Assembly: GCF_004010195.1 (NCBI RefSeq)
Contig: NC_057749.1
Span: forward strand, 7,213,416-7,277,415
Direction: 5' to 3'
DNA: 64,000 bases
Source of the DNA: Chiloscyllium plagiosum
Taxonomy: Eukaryota
How positions within the stretch are numbered: position 1 is the first letter of the stretch; every line of letters begins with the position of its first letter. The position numbers were made by a program, and so were the translations under genes. Shown in pieces: positions 24,121 to 37,050 of the stretch. The notes under the pieces are model-generated. The model was not told the DNA's origin, did no database searches, and worked only from the letters and a program-made list of their open reading frames with translations.

Positions 24121-26074
24121 ACACAACAAAGGTCAACATGCGAGATGAGAAGTTAAACTGAGGTTCCTCAGCCCTCTCAGAATGAAGTCAGGTGTCCCAT
24201 AATACTCTTTGAAGAAGAGGAGAGGAATTTTCTTTCTGGTGTGCAGGTCAATGACCAACCTTCCACCAACATTGCATAGAAAAAGGACAATCTCATTTGG
24301 TGGGTCAGACAATGAGATGTTGCAAACCTATTGTCTCTGCAATGCAATAGTGACTACCCCTCAAAAGGTATTTAATTGGCTGCAAAGAAATTTGGCATGA
24401 TGAAACTTGACTTCAGTGCTACAATATGATATCCTTTTATTCATTCACTTGTCGGATGGTAAATGCGGGGTTACAGAGGTAGGGTAGAGGCTGGGTCTGG
24501 GTCGGATGCTCTTCGGAGGGTCATTGCAGAATCAATGCACCGATTAGTCTTTTTCCGCACTGTAGGGATTCTACAATGGGGGTGTCACTGGCTGGGCCAG
24601 CATTTATTGTCTGTCTCCACTTGCCCTTGAGAAGGTGATCATGAGCTGCCTTATGGAACCGCTGCAGTCCATGTGTCAGACTCTTGGTACTCTCTAAATT
24701 AATCTGACAAGCCATTTAGTTAAGATGAGCATTAAAAGCAGTTAAGCTAAGAAGTATAAAAACTATAGTTGTTTAACCATTAAATCAAGGGGTTCATTGA
24801 AACGAAAGGTTAAGAACTCCATTTGAAAGCAGATATTGACATTATGTTTCACAATTCCAGCTGAAATGTGTTTTATATTAGTGAATCAAACCAAATCATT
24901 ATTAAACCTTCACTACTAGCAACATAATAACATGTGAATAAACCCATCTTGGTTAGAGGTTCATATCTTCCCCTGGGGTGAGATCCCAGTAAGGGAGTCA
25001 ATGTCATCAGAAAAACAGAAGGGGAATTTGAAAGACATCTATCATCAGGTTTCTATTTGAGCGGGTCAGTATTGACAACCGTTATTCTAGATGTGACAAA
25101 ACTTTTGATCAATGGGTATCATTAGTGAACTTCAATGTAAAGTTGATTCATCAATCAGCTAATGGGTAAACCATTGGGTCATCATTGATTACTTAACATT
25201 GCTTGAAGGTTCATCTTGTGTTCAGGGTGGAAGGTCAGAGAGGGGGCTACTGGAGGGGGAATATGAGAAGAAACGGAGTTGGGAGAGAGAATACAGAATG
25301 AAGTAAAACCACAATGAAAAAAGAGCTGTTCCACTGAGCTGACAGGTAAACAGAAGCGCAAAGTCTTGTGTCCCTTCAACATCATTAATTGATCATGACA
25401 CAGCAGCAAAAGACGGGGCAGCTATCTAAATCTGCTGGTGCATTCAGTGTCTCACAGAAGAAGAAAAATGAGGTCTTCGAAGACATTAAAGGCTGGTATC
25501 ATTCTCGTGTTGACACCAAGCTGTGTTTGAATCTTGTATGTTCCTTTTAAATGTTCAGAGAAGTCGATTTCAAAAGAGTATGATTCCTTTAATGAGCTGT
25601 GGCAGGTGCAAGCAATGTCACCAAAGCACAAGATTTAGTCATTGTTTTATTATTGGGATCTTGCTCTCTGCAAACTGGCTGCAGAGATAGAGGGAAAGGG
25701 TGAGTAATGGTATTGTGAAAGAGCTGGCACTCATTCAGTGGGCTGAATGGCCTTCCTCTGTGCTGTAATTTTCTAAGATTCTATCTTTCCAAGGGCAGCT
25801 ACACCTTGTTATCATAGCATCCCTACAGTATGAAAGCAAGCTATTCAGCCCCTTCAAAGACCATCCAACCTAAACCCAACCCCCTGCCCATAGACCTACA
25901 ACCCCGTATTTCCTTTGACCAATACACCTAGCCTGCGCAACCCTCAACAGCATGGGGCAATTTACAATCATTGAAGTATTCAGCGTGGAAACAGACACTT
26001 TGCTCCAATTCGTCCATGCCAACTAAGTTATGAACTACCCTCTATCCTTAGTAGTAGTGTAATTTGACTGGGAA

Positions 26075-26500
26075 ACCCACTTCCTGATCCCCCGAAGCCC
26101 ACCCACCACCTCCAAGGCACAAGTCAGAAATACAATGGAATATTCTCCAATATCCTGGATGAGTGCAGCTCCACACCATCCAGGACAGAGCAACCTGCTT
26201 GATTGGTATCTGATTGACATTCACCCTCTTCACCACCAACACAGTACCTTGGTGTGCACCATTTACATGATGGACTGTAACAATTGACTGAGGTTCCTCT
26301 GACAGCACAAAGGCATGGTACATGGGAACGCCACCAACTGCAAACTCCCCTCCAAGCCACATGCTATCTTGATTTGAAAACATAAGACCATTCCTTCAGC
26401 ATTGCTGGGTCAAATTCCTACCCCTGACAGCATTGTGGGCATAGTTTCACCATAATGAATGCAGCAGTTCAGGAAGACCAGGCATATGCATGTGGGGATA
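26075..26500 (+). mobile_element. CR1/L2-group LINE 3' fragment
   Basis: Homologous to 44310-44825 (caaggcacaagtcag...tggaata...ggatgagtgcagctcca). Confidence 0.7.
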
Positions 26501-26514
26501 AAGTCTTCACAGAT

Positions 26515-26674
26515 CCAAAGATGTGCAGGTCAGGTGAATTGGTCATGCTAAATTGTCCATAGTGTTAGGTGCATTAGTCAGAGGGAAATGGGTCTGGGTG
26601 GGTTACTTTTCGGAGGGTAGGTGTGGACTTGTTGGGCTGAAGGACCTGTTTCCACACTGCAGGGAATCTAATCT
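26515..26674 (+). mobile_element. HE1 SINE 3' half
   Basis: Matches 22855-23014. Confidence 0.85.
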
Positions 26675-26724
26675 CAGAACTAAAGGTAAAGCTTAAAGAT
26701 CAACCAACAAAATAGATAGAAGTC

Positions 26725-26936
26725 CTGAGGAAGGGTCCTGACCCGAAACGTTGACCCTGCATCCTTAGTCATAGAGTAATTTCACTGGGAAACCCACTTC
26801 CTGACTCCCCAAAGCCCACCCACCACCTACAATGCACACGTTTCCTGGTCCTCCAATGCTGTCTGACCTGCTGTGCTTTTTCCAACTCTACATTTTATCG
26901 CTTCTGACTTTCAGCATCTGCAGACTTTACTATTTC
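26725..26936 (+). mobile_element. PLE terminal fragment with hammerhead and captured local DNA
   Basis: CTGAGGA-a-GGGTC-ct-GACCC-GAAAC-GTT; 26754-26841 copies 26037-26124; TSD caaaatagatagaagtc/caaaatagctaggagtc. Confidence 0.85.
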
Positions 26937-27848
26937 CAAAATAGCTAGGAGTCGCTTTCTTGAAATAAAGTCATAAACACCTTTACAAAATACTACACAC
27001 AATTAAACCTCAGGCACTGAAGGTGAAGTGAATAACAACCACACAAAATCTGTTTGCTTGAGGACTGCTATCAGAAGCTCCCTAGTCCATCTAACCTGCA
27101 CATCTTCAGATTGTGGGAAGAAACTGGAGCAGACAGACATGAGGAGAATGTGCAAACTCTACAAAGGGAGTGGCTGACGGTGGACTCAAACTGGGGTTCC
27201 TGGCACTGTCAGGCAGCAGTGCTAACCAGTATTTGGATCCTTTGAATGGAAACTTTGGCCACCAGCAGGAGACTTAGATTCTATGCATTATCCAAAATAA
27301 TCTGACAGTTGCAACCATTTTACCATGCAAATTCCACATTTCTTTTCTGACCGCACTAATATCACTAGGGTGGGGAAAATGGAAAATACATCCATCCATT
27401 GTTCATTGGAATCTTGGAAAGGTGGTTCCCACCCTGTTTTGAGAAAGAAAAATCGCATTGCCAAGTTAAATCTGACAGATGACAGGAAAAGTGTTGATGT
27501 CGATCAATACACCTTTGAAGTTAGCGATGTCTAGGAGTCAACCAGGGGACATCATACATATAAGCTTGGCCCAAATCCAAACCATAAGCCTAGCAATGTG
27601 GAATATGCAGAATCTATACAGTGTACAAGTATAGTTTTCTTGGTTAGTGAACGTATTGTACAATGGCTTAAGGCTCTCATATACCACATACCTTGCATGC
27701 TATTTTTAAGCAGGAGTTAACATTTATTTAAAATAAGCTCAAATGTCAAGATCCAAAAATACCATCTCAGATCATTAAAGCTAAGCAACTTTATCATGTT
27801 TTACTGGTCTTCACTTGTTTGGACAAACCTGACACTTTATGTTACCAG

Positions 27849-27983
27849 GCTCATTCCTGATGAAGGGCTTATGCCCGAAACGTCGACTCTCCTGCTCCTT
27901 GGATGCTGCCTGATCTGCTGTGCTTTTCCAGCATTACACTCTTCGACTCTGATCTCCAGCATCTGCAGCCCCCACTTTCTCCT
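27849..27983 (+). mobile_element. Young PLE terminal fragment
   Basis: Exact 15-bp TSD actttatgttaccag (27834-27848, 27984-27998). Confidence 0.9.
27857..27884 (+). ncRNA. Minimal hammerhead ribozyme motif
   Basis: CTGATGA-a-GGGC-ttat-GCCC-GAAAC-GTC, canonical core and GUC triplet. Confidence 0.8.
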
Positions 27984-28321
27984 ACTTTATGTTACCAGTG
28001 GTGTGCCTGATAACATTATGACAATCACTGTTTCTGTATGCTGGCAGAAGTCTTCAAATTCTAGCTGAGTTCTTTCTGCAGTCAAATACAGTGTCTAGGA
28101 ATTAAGCTAATGAGCAAGTAAACTCCCACATGAAGGAAGAACAGGAGGGGCTGTGATGAAGGCCTACTGGCTATGTTGGCACCAAAGGGTTAGGTCCACT
28201 ATCCTGGCAGGGATGTGAATTGATCAGCGTTGGAAAAGAAGATAAGCAAAAAAAAAACCGTTGAGCCTCTGCAACAAAACTTTTAGTCAAAATGTAGCTG
28301 GTCAGGTTTTACATGTGGCAT

Positions 28322-28604
28322 AAGAACTAGGAGCAGGAGTATGCCATCTTGCCCATCGAGCTGCTCCACCATTCAATAAGATCATGGCTGATCTTTATCA
28401 TGGACTCAGCTCCATTTACTTGCTTACTCACATAACCCTTAATTCCATTACTGTTCAAACATTGACCTATCGTTGCCTTAGAAACCTCCAATGAGGTATC
28501 CTCCACTGCTTCACTGGGCAGGGAATTCCACAGATTCACAACCCTTTGGGTGAAGAAGTTCTTCCTCAGCTCAGTCCTAAGTCTGCTTCCCCCTTATTTT
28601 GAGG
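28322..28604 (-). mobile_element. CR1 LINE 3' end
   Basis: Minus peptide NLWNSLPSEAVEDTSLEVSK. Confidence 0.85.
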
Positions 28605-30042
28605 CCAAGGCCCGTATTTCAGACAGATTGAAGTCTTCCCTCTCCCATTACCTTGCTATCGTAGGGTCTGCAGGTCAAAGACTGTCCCTGCTAACCCCAT
28701 CCCTAAATGTAGCACCAAAAGGACCAAAACTATGTTTAATAATGCAGTATGCTATGGGTCAATCAACTCGGTTTGTACCAGGGTAAGTTTGACTTCAAAG
28801 GCAAGCGGGTGGTCCATACAAAGTGTTCAGACTTTTGGGGCAAATGTTGGGGGTTGATCTATGAATGAGCTGTTTATGTAAAATGATTGATTTTTGTCCA
28901 AAAGTCATGGGTCAACTCTAACTTGAAATTGTCCACTATTCGATTATGGCACAGTATTGCAGTCCAGTCTTCAATGTATTCCCTCTTCCCAGAATTGGAG
29001 AGACATTAAACAAAGATCTTCTGCCCTCTCAAATGGACCTGAAGAATCCTATGATGTTATTTTGAAAACGAGCAAGGGATTAATCCCCTGGTGTCCTAGC
29101 CAATCATCATTTATTGATCAACTTGAAATGAGGGTTTCGTCATTGCTTTCTATGGGACCTTGCTGTGGGCAAGTTGGTTGCTACATTTCTTCTATTCGCT
29201 CGACTTCATTTATTGCAAAGCACCTGAGGCATTGAATGTTGCTGTTTAATAATACTTTAGTTCTATTCCTCTAATTCCTTGCTGGAAAAGGGATGAGATA
29301 AAACATCCTGCTGATATCATCATAAATCTGTGGGGGCAAGAGCGAATACAAGAGCTACAAAATCAAGTGGGGAGGGAATAAACCCTCTCACCAATGCTCT
29401 TGTGGAATTGAGGCATGTTTATAAAATCGATTTGCTGTGCCGAATAAAATCCAGCCACTTCCAAAATGGCTACTCAGAACTGAGTGGGGTGGAGTGGGGT
29501 GGGGGTCATCTCTGTGCGTGCTGCTCCACAAACTCAGGCTGTTCTCCAGCTGCAGTGCTGCCCTTTTCATGTAACCTCACACGTTATCTTGTGCAGAAAA
29601 GGTCTCTGCACTTTCAATCAGGCTCCCAGTGGAGAGGCGCCCGCAGCATTGAACCAGGCTAATTGGTGCCAATCTCGTTTGAGCTGAGAGGCCATGAATA
29701 TTATATGCATATGAGAAAGAGATGTCACATTAACGCAACACAGGAGGGTTCCTTCAGAGGTTACAGCTCGGCAAAGGCACCCTTGTCAGCATTTTGTACA
29801 AAAGCCATACAGTGCCTGTACTACATTCGACCAGGTCACACGGCGCCTTGGGAAAGTTCCTACTGGTTAAATGCCTCTCATTATGAATACATTTTTCATC
29901 ATTTCACTCCTCCATTCTCGTCAAGAGGATGCCAAGCTGAAAGGTAACTTGGGTCGACAGCTTGGTTCCTTTATTTTGCCGCAATCATTTAATTCCTGAT
30001 TGTTTCAAAACAGCTCTCCACCATTTCAATCAAGATGTACAG

Positions 30043-30062
30043 CCCCCCCCCCCCCCCCCCCC
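30043..30062. repeat. Poly(C)/poly(G) run of 20
   Basis: Direct observation. Confidence 0.95.
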
Positions 30063-30334
30063 GGTTCAGACACTCTGAGAAATGTTGAACCAGGTTGTAA
30101 GCGCCGACTCAGTGAACAGATTGATGTGCGCTCGTGAGGGAGAGCTGAGCTGTGGGAAATGGCCAAGGCTTTAGTGGCAGACCCAAACAGATTCCGATCC
30201 CTCATCCTACACCCAGTTCACCTCCAGCGTCGAATATCCGCTCCCCCAAGTAACGTTTTGTGGGGTTTTATGGACTCCACCCAGCGTGGGTTTTCTGGAA
30301 TCCATAACAGAGCCTGTCTCAAGAACCCCTCGGG

Positions 30335-30421
30335 GAGACAAGCAGGAGGCTGGAAGAACACAGCAAGCCAGGCAGCATCAGAAGGTGGAGAAGTCAACAT
30401 TTCGGGTGTAACCCTTCTTCT
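30335..30421 (-). mobile_element. Short PLE terminal fragment
   Basis: Ends inside the reverse hammerhead motif; TSD tcaagaacccctcgg/tcaaaaacccctcag. Confidence 0.75.
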
Positions 30422-30956
30422 CTTCAAAAACCCCTCAGGTCAGGGTGCTTTGACATGACCCAAGGAGACCAACTTGCGCACAGCAAGGTCCCATACAAAG
30501 CAATGACCAAACACACATTTCAAGTTGATCAATAAATCTTGGCCTCCTGGCCTCCTCACCCCAACAACTAACAGCCTTATATCAAAACCATGAAATTCAA
30601 GGCTCCAATTCCTAATAAACTTTCTGTCCTCCAACTGCCAGAAAAATGGAGACAACATGTCGAATAAACCAAATACTCAGTATTTGATCAAAGAATTTCT
30701 CATTTCTTCTGCTTGTGAAGAAAATCTGGAGATTTACATAATTTCTCTGGAATTTTCTTCAATTCACAAGGGTTTGCAACCATCTCATAGTGAAATTGCA
30801 GTGAACATTCAGAAGAAATGCCTATGGAAAGCCTCTCCCAAATGCATACCCTATTCCTCCTTCTCATACTGCTATCCTATTGAAGTCAAAAAGCCAACAC
30901 CTTATAGTCAACTTCTACTCATTCACTGATTAGAAACTGAAAGAACTGCTGTAAAT

Positions 30957-31116
30957 TTGAAACAAAATCAGAATTTGCTGGAAAAGCTCAGCAGGCCTGG
31001 TAGCATCTGTGAAGAGAAATCAGAGTTAACATTTTGGATGCAAAACGTTAATTCTGATTTCTCTTCACACATGCTGCCAGACCTGCTGAGCTTTTCCAGC
31101 AACTTCTGTTTTTGTG
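30957..31116. mobile_element. Fold-back PLE insertion
   Basis: ~75-bp inverted arms meeting at ttttggatgcaaaa, at the ribozyme GAAA/stem II position. Confidence 0.8.
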
Positions 31117-31749
31117 CACCCATTCAGTGTTGTGGTCTCACTTGCTAATACTCATGTCCTGGCAGTAGTGAGCTCAATTATCACTCCAGAACTTGTGCCC
31201 AATAAACATTCTAGTCGACATACTACGTGCTATGCCATCACAGTTGCCAGCCTTTGGATGAGCTATGGAACTAAGGCCCTGGCTCAGAGGCTGTCAGTGA
31301 AAGATCCCATGACACGATTTCAATGAAGAACAGGTGAGGTTATCTCTGCACCCTGACCAATGCTGAACCTGCTATCAATAAATTGAATCAGATTATCTGG
31401 TCATTATCATATTGTCATTTATGGGAGCTTGCTGTGAGCAAATTGGCAACTTGTGACTTGTATTGCCTTAAGTTTTGTAGCTCAAGGGTTCCATTCAGCA
31501 CATTGGAGAGACACCTATCCTTGTACCGAGCAGTGGTTTGTGGTCTGTACTCTTCCTTATCTGTGAGTGACTGCAGTCTGACCCCCATAGACTTCTTCAA
31601 ACTTTTTATTTACACTATCTCACAGATCACTATTCTCTGTAAATACAGGTCTCCCTCAAACAGACTGTTCCATCTATTCTTCACAATCCCTTGTATGTGA
31701 CCATTGATATAACAGTTACACAAATAATCAAATTTAATTGTTTAAAGAA

Positions 31750-32072
31750 TTCATTCAGAGTGCTGAGGGCAAGGCCAGCATTTATTTCTCATCCCTAATT
31801 GCCCAGAAGGCAGTGAAGAGTCGACTATGTTACTGTGGGTCTGGAGTCACGTGTAGTCCATACAGTTGTGAGCAGTTTCCTTCCCGAAAGGGCATTAGTG
31901 AACCAGATGGGGTTTTCCCCAGCAATCAATTTACAGCCATCGTTAGACTTGTAATTCCAAATATTTATTAAATTCAAATTCCCCGTATCACCATGGCAAA
32001 ATTCGAGCCCAGGTTCTCAGGACATTCCAGGGACTCTGGATTAACAGTCCATGTTGTACATCACTAGGCCAT
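31750..32072 (-). mobile_element. Family C (DeuSINE-like) SINE
   Basis: Homologous to 4140-4470 and 56370-56715. Confidence 0.7.
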
Positions 32073-32482
32073 CTTCCCTCCTCATTTAGTGAACCAAATT
32101 CAAGTTTAAGCATGCACTGTCATTCAAGGGGTTAAAACAGTTTTGGTTATGTAGGAATTAAATTTTTAATTATTTGTAAAAGTAACTGGGAACCTCAGAT
32201 GTACAACGGCAGGTTAAAAGTATTGGAGCTGCACTATTAGCAAGGTAGAGCTGACCTTGGGTAAAAGGACAGACAATGCTTATGAAAGACTGTGGGAAAA
32301 CAAAGATAATCTGAGACACATGAAGTGTGGGAATGCAATACGCACGCTGTAATCTGTGTAAAGTTTGAAGGTGTTATGAAACCCACCAGCTTGAGCTTTA
32401 TACTTCACATTGTTAAGGCTTCCTCTCTGTGCATTCACATGAAAAATGACCATCATCCTATTTTCCTGAAGTCCCTTATTAA

Positions 32483-32543
32483 TTTGTGCCCATAATAATC
32501 ATGTTAATTATTTGCGCCCATAATAATCATGTTAATTATTTGC
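32483..32543. repeat. 28-bp tandem duplication
   Basis: tttg(t/c)gcccataataatcatgttaatta x2. Confidence 0.9.
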
Positions 32544-32596
32544 ATGGAAAAATCTTACCCAAAGGTGGGTGTGAAACCAGGAATGTTATTTCAATG

Positions 32597-32945
32597 TGAC
32601 CACCTTATAGAGGTTTATAAAATCATGAGGGGCATGAATAGGGTGAATAGTCAAAGTCTTTTCTCCAGGGTGGGGGAGTACAAAACTAGAGGGCACAGGT
32701 TTAAGATGAGTAGGGAAAGATTTAAAAGGGACCTAAGGGACAACTTTTTCATGTAGAGGATAATGTATGTACGGAATGAGGAAATGGTGGAGGCTGATAC
32801 AATTACAACATTTAAAAGGCATCTGGATGAATAGGAAGGGTTCAGAGGGATATGAGCCAAGTGCTGGCAAATGGGGACTAGATTAATTTAGGATATCTGG
32901 TAGGCATGGATGAGTTGTTTCCATGCTGTACAACTTTCTGACTCT
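32597..32945 (+). mobile_element. CR1 LINE 3' end
   Basis: LIEVYKIMRGMNRVNSQSLFSRVGEYKTRGHRFK. Confidence 0.9.
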
Positions 32946-33454
32946 GTCACTCTACGCCATAGTTGAATCATATGGTTTAGCTTATCCTGTTGTGAAGTTA
33001 ACAGACAACAAAAAGACTTGTTAACTGTTTCTGATGCCTTTAGAATCACATGTTGCATTTACTACAGCAATAACTCTCACGACATTTTGAGAGTACTCAT
33101 GGTTGTAAAGCACTTTAGGGCATCCTACGATTGTGAGAAGTGCTATATAAACACATCTTCTCTTCTAGTTGCTACTTTCTGGTGCTATGTTTATTTTGCA
33201 CACTTTCAAGTGCTAAGGAAATTTAGTCCTAAAACTGCAATGGACTCGTTAATACTGGGTTGGTACTGTTGTAATCAAGAATAATTATAGATCCTACTCA
33301 GATATCATTCACCACAGTCTTTCTCTGAGCTCAGTCAAATACAAGACATAATTACATAACACCAACAGTAGTTAGAAAGAGGTAGAGAAACTAACTCAGA
33401 TGTATTTAGGGCAAGTTTCACACAAGAGATCTCCCATTGTCTTGCTCTCTTGAT

Positions 33455-33865
33455 ATTGCGAGTTGGATAGTGGATAATTTAGCTATGAAGAGAGGCTGTG
33501 TAAGCTCAGCCCATTTTCTTCACAGCAGAACATGCTGAGATATGACCTAATTAAGATGTATAAGGTTATGAACGGCAAGGACAAGTTGGACAGAATTAAG
33601 CAGTTTCCCCTCGTTAAGGGTCAGTGATGAGGAGCATAATTTTAATGTGAAGGGCAGGAGGTTGAGAGGAGATTTGAGGGAACATACTGCCTCGGAGGAA
33701 AAGAAGCCTCACAACCTTATGAAAGTATGTGGATGAGCATTTGAAATGTCATAACATTCAAGGCTATGGGCCAAGTTTTGGACAGTGGGACTGGTGTAGA
33801 ATTAGAATAGATCTGTTGGTGCAGACTCTGTGACCCTCTTCCTAAAGTGCATGATTCTAGGATTC
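33455..33865 (+). mobile_element. Old CR1 LINE 3' end
   Basis: Degenerate SYEERL.KL..FS and DLIKMYKVM motifs plus 3' UTR. Confidence 0.7.
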
Positions 33866-34009
33866 CATAACAGAATGGAGACTGCTTTTGATTCTGTAAT
33901 AACTGAAGTCTATGATCTACAACCGCTACCTGAAGAGTCAAAAGGTATTTTTCACCCACCTCTCGAATTGCTGGGAAAGTCTACCCTCCATGCCCATCTC
34001 TTGTTTTAC

Positions 34010-34097
34010 CTGAGGAAGGGTCACTCAACCCTAAAACGCTCTCTCCACAAAACCTGTCAGACCTGCTGAGCTTTCACCAGCAAATTTTGTTTATGTT
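34010..34097 (+). mobile_element. Short PLE terminal fragment
   Basis: Begins CTGAGGAagggtcactcaaccc; TSD tcttgttttacct/tcttgctttgcct. Confidence 0.7.
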
Positions 34098-34934
34098 TCT
34101 TGCTTTGCCTCACTTTCTCACAGTCATGTCTTGTCAACAGCCACTGAAAGAGGCTATTGGCCCATTAAGCACATGCCAGATCTTTAATGATTTAGTAAGT
34201 TCCAGCCCCAACTGTCCAATTATTTTATCCTTCAGGCACTTTCCCAATTTCATTTTCCAAGTCACAAGTGAATCTGCCACCACCATTCTCTGGAAATCCA
34301 TTCCAGGTCATAACAGCCGCTGCATAAGTAACATTACCCTCTGGTCACCTTTGACATTTTTCCGATTCATGTTAAATCATTGACCTGTAGTAATTCAAGC
34401 TCTTCCATCCGTAGCAACTATTTCTCTGTGCCTACATCTAGAACCTTTCTTAAATCTCTCAACCTTTTGTGTGGAGGATGTCAGGAAGGAAAATGGTCAC
34501 GAATCTACGAAAAGAGACTGAAAATGGAAGATAGAGTGAGACAAGAAGAAAGGCAGGAAATAAACAGAAGGCATATGTGGGATTTGATAAGATATCTATA
34601 TCTGAAACATTTATTCATCTTTGCTTTCTTCAAATGTTGTGCATCTTTCAGATTTTTCCATTTTAAGGCATCAACGATGTTATTCTGAACTTGGTCACCC
34701 ATATAACAAAACACAGCACACTCTTGCTTCAGGTGCAAGTCAACAAATCAGATGTATATTCCATGACTGAAAGTCTCACATCTAGCATTTGACCAATGGC
34801 ACTGGTTCTTAACTCATTCCTAGCCACTGTTGGGTTTTAAACTGTCTCTGAGTTACTCACTCGATAAACAAACTGCCCACATTAATTCGCTCCAAAGTCT
34901 GTTTCCCGTACCACCGAAAGAAGAGCGTAAGCAG

Positions 34935-35440
34935 TAGGAAAGATGTTGTGAAACTTGAAATGGTTCAGCAAAAGATTTACAAGGATGTTGCCAGAGTTGG
35001 AGGTTTTGAGTTACAGGGAGAGGCTGGATAAGCTGGGGCTATTTTCCCTGGAGCGTTGGAGGCTGAGGGGTGACCTTATAGAAGTTTAAACAACTATGAG
35101 GGGCATGGAATAAGGTGACAAAGTATTTTCCCCAAAGTGAGGGAATCCAGAACTAAAGGGCATAGGTTTAAGGTAAGAGAGGATAGATTTGAAAGAGACC
35201 TAAGGGGCAATATTTTCAGGCAGGGGAAATGTGTGTATGGAATGAGCTGCCAGAGAAAGTGGTTGAGGCTGATTCAATGACACCATTTAAAAGGCATCTA
35301 GATGGGGCATATGAATAGGAAGGGTTTAGAGCGATATGGGCCAAATGCTGGCAAATGCGGCTAGACTAATTTAGGATATCTGGTTGGCATGGACGAGTTG
35401 GACCAAAGAGTCTGTTTCCATGCTGTACATCTCAATAATT
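34935..35440 (+). mobile_element. CR1 LINE 3' fragment
   Basis: High similarity to 8070-8570. Confidence 0.9.
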
Positions 35441-36159
35441 CTAAGCACAACTTTAGTATGAGTGAGTAGCTGGAGGGAAATGTAAGCTTAGAACATCTTT
35501 TCAGAATTCCCCAATAGACTCACTAAATCCTTGGAGCTGGAGATCTGCTGCCCTGCACAGTCTGATATGTCCATAACTCCAGACCCACACCAACCAATTT
35601 GACTCATAACTATTCACTTAAGGGAGTTAGCAAGCATTCTGGCTGCATCGGATAGAGAGCTGAGAGCACTAACAGTGACACACAACCGAGGGTTAAATGA
35701 AACAGACAGTCTCCAGATTATTCAAAGAATGCAAAGGTTCTGAAACAGGTGCAGTGGGTACAAAAGGTACCAAAATTGAGAGATTCGGACTGTCTGAAAA
35801 GATTGAATAGATTAGGGATTTGACATTGAAAAGCACAAAGATTGAAGGTTGACCTGACAGCTGTCTTTAAGTTTGCCAAAAGGATATAATAAATGTAGAT
35901 ATAATGAAGATGTTTCCACTGTGGGAAAGACAGAAGTAGGGACCATGACGATAATATAATCCAAGGGAATTGGAGCAGGAATAGGATATTTAGTCCTCCA
36001 AACTTACTCCACCATTCAACCAGATCACAGCTAATGTCACTTCAGTGCCATTTTCCCACACCATCACCGTAGCATTTAATCATTATTAACAAAGAATTAC
36101 AAACTGACATTTATATCATTAATATTAATGACTTATAAATCCGATTAAATACTGCACGG

Positions 36160-37050
36160 AAATATATTTTGTTGTGAGATGTGGGCCAGCATTTGTTGCC
36201 CAGTCCTAACTGTGCTGAGTGATGAGGTGTGGTGTAGTGGTAATGTTACGGGACTGGTCATCCAGGCTCTTTGGCTAATGTTCTGAGGACATCGGTTCAA
36301 AGCCCACCAAAGCAGACGGTGAAATTCAAATTCAATAATACCATGCTCTTTGTTGCAAAATCCCAACTGGTTCACTCATGTCCTCAAGGGAAAGAAATTT
36401 GCCATCCTTACCTGGTCTGGTCTAATGTGTCCAGACCCACGGCAGTGCTCAAAAAGTGTTCATCTGTCTGCTTGAGCTGTTACAGTCCTGGAGTTGTAGA
36501 GACGGTTACAGTTCTATTAGGAAGGAAGTTCCAGGATTTTTCAACTCAGAACAATGATATAGTTCCAAGTCACAATGGTATTTGGCTTGCAGGGAAATTT
36601 GCTGCTGGTGGTGTGCCCTGTGTCTGCTGCCCTTCTCCTTCTAGGTGGTCGGTTTGCATGATGCTGATAAAGGAGCCCTGGTGAGTTGCTAGAGTGCACC
36701 TTGTAGATGCTATACACTGCAACTAATCTGTGTCAGTGGTGGAAGGCATGAACTTTTGAGGTGGTGGGTATAGTGCCAATCAGTAGGCTGCTTTGTCATA
36801 GATGCTGTTGAACCTCTTGCTGTTGGTTCAGCGATAACCTTAACCCATTCAGACAAATGGAGAGAATTGCATTACACTGCTCACTCATGCCATGTGGATG
36901 GTGGGCAGATTTTGGAAATTCAGGAGGTGAGTTATTCATCACAGAATTCCCAGCGTCTGTCTTGCTCCTGTATCCACAGTAATTACACAGTTAGTCAAGT
37001 TGAGGCTTTGATCAATGATAACAACCAGGATATTGATGGTCAAGGTGAAC
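36160..37050. mobile_element. Family C SINE (36225-36445, +) nested in a minus-strand CR1/L2-group LINE remnant
   Basis: SINE head ggtgtagtggtaatgt; flanks are the reverse complement of 44310-44825-type sequence. Confidence 0.55.

Noticed and set aside
28800..28956. Possible decayed Tigger/mariner end
   Set aside because: No matching opposite terminal repeat found
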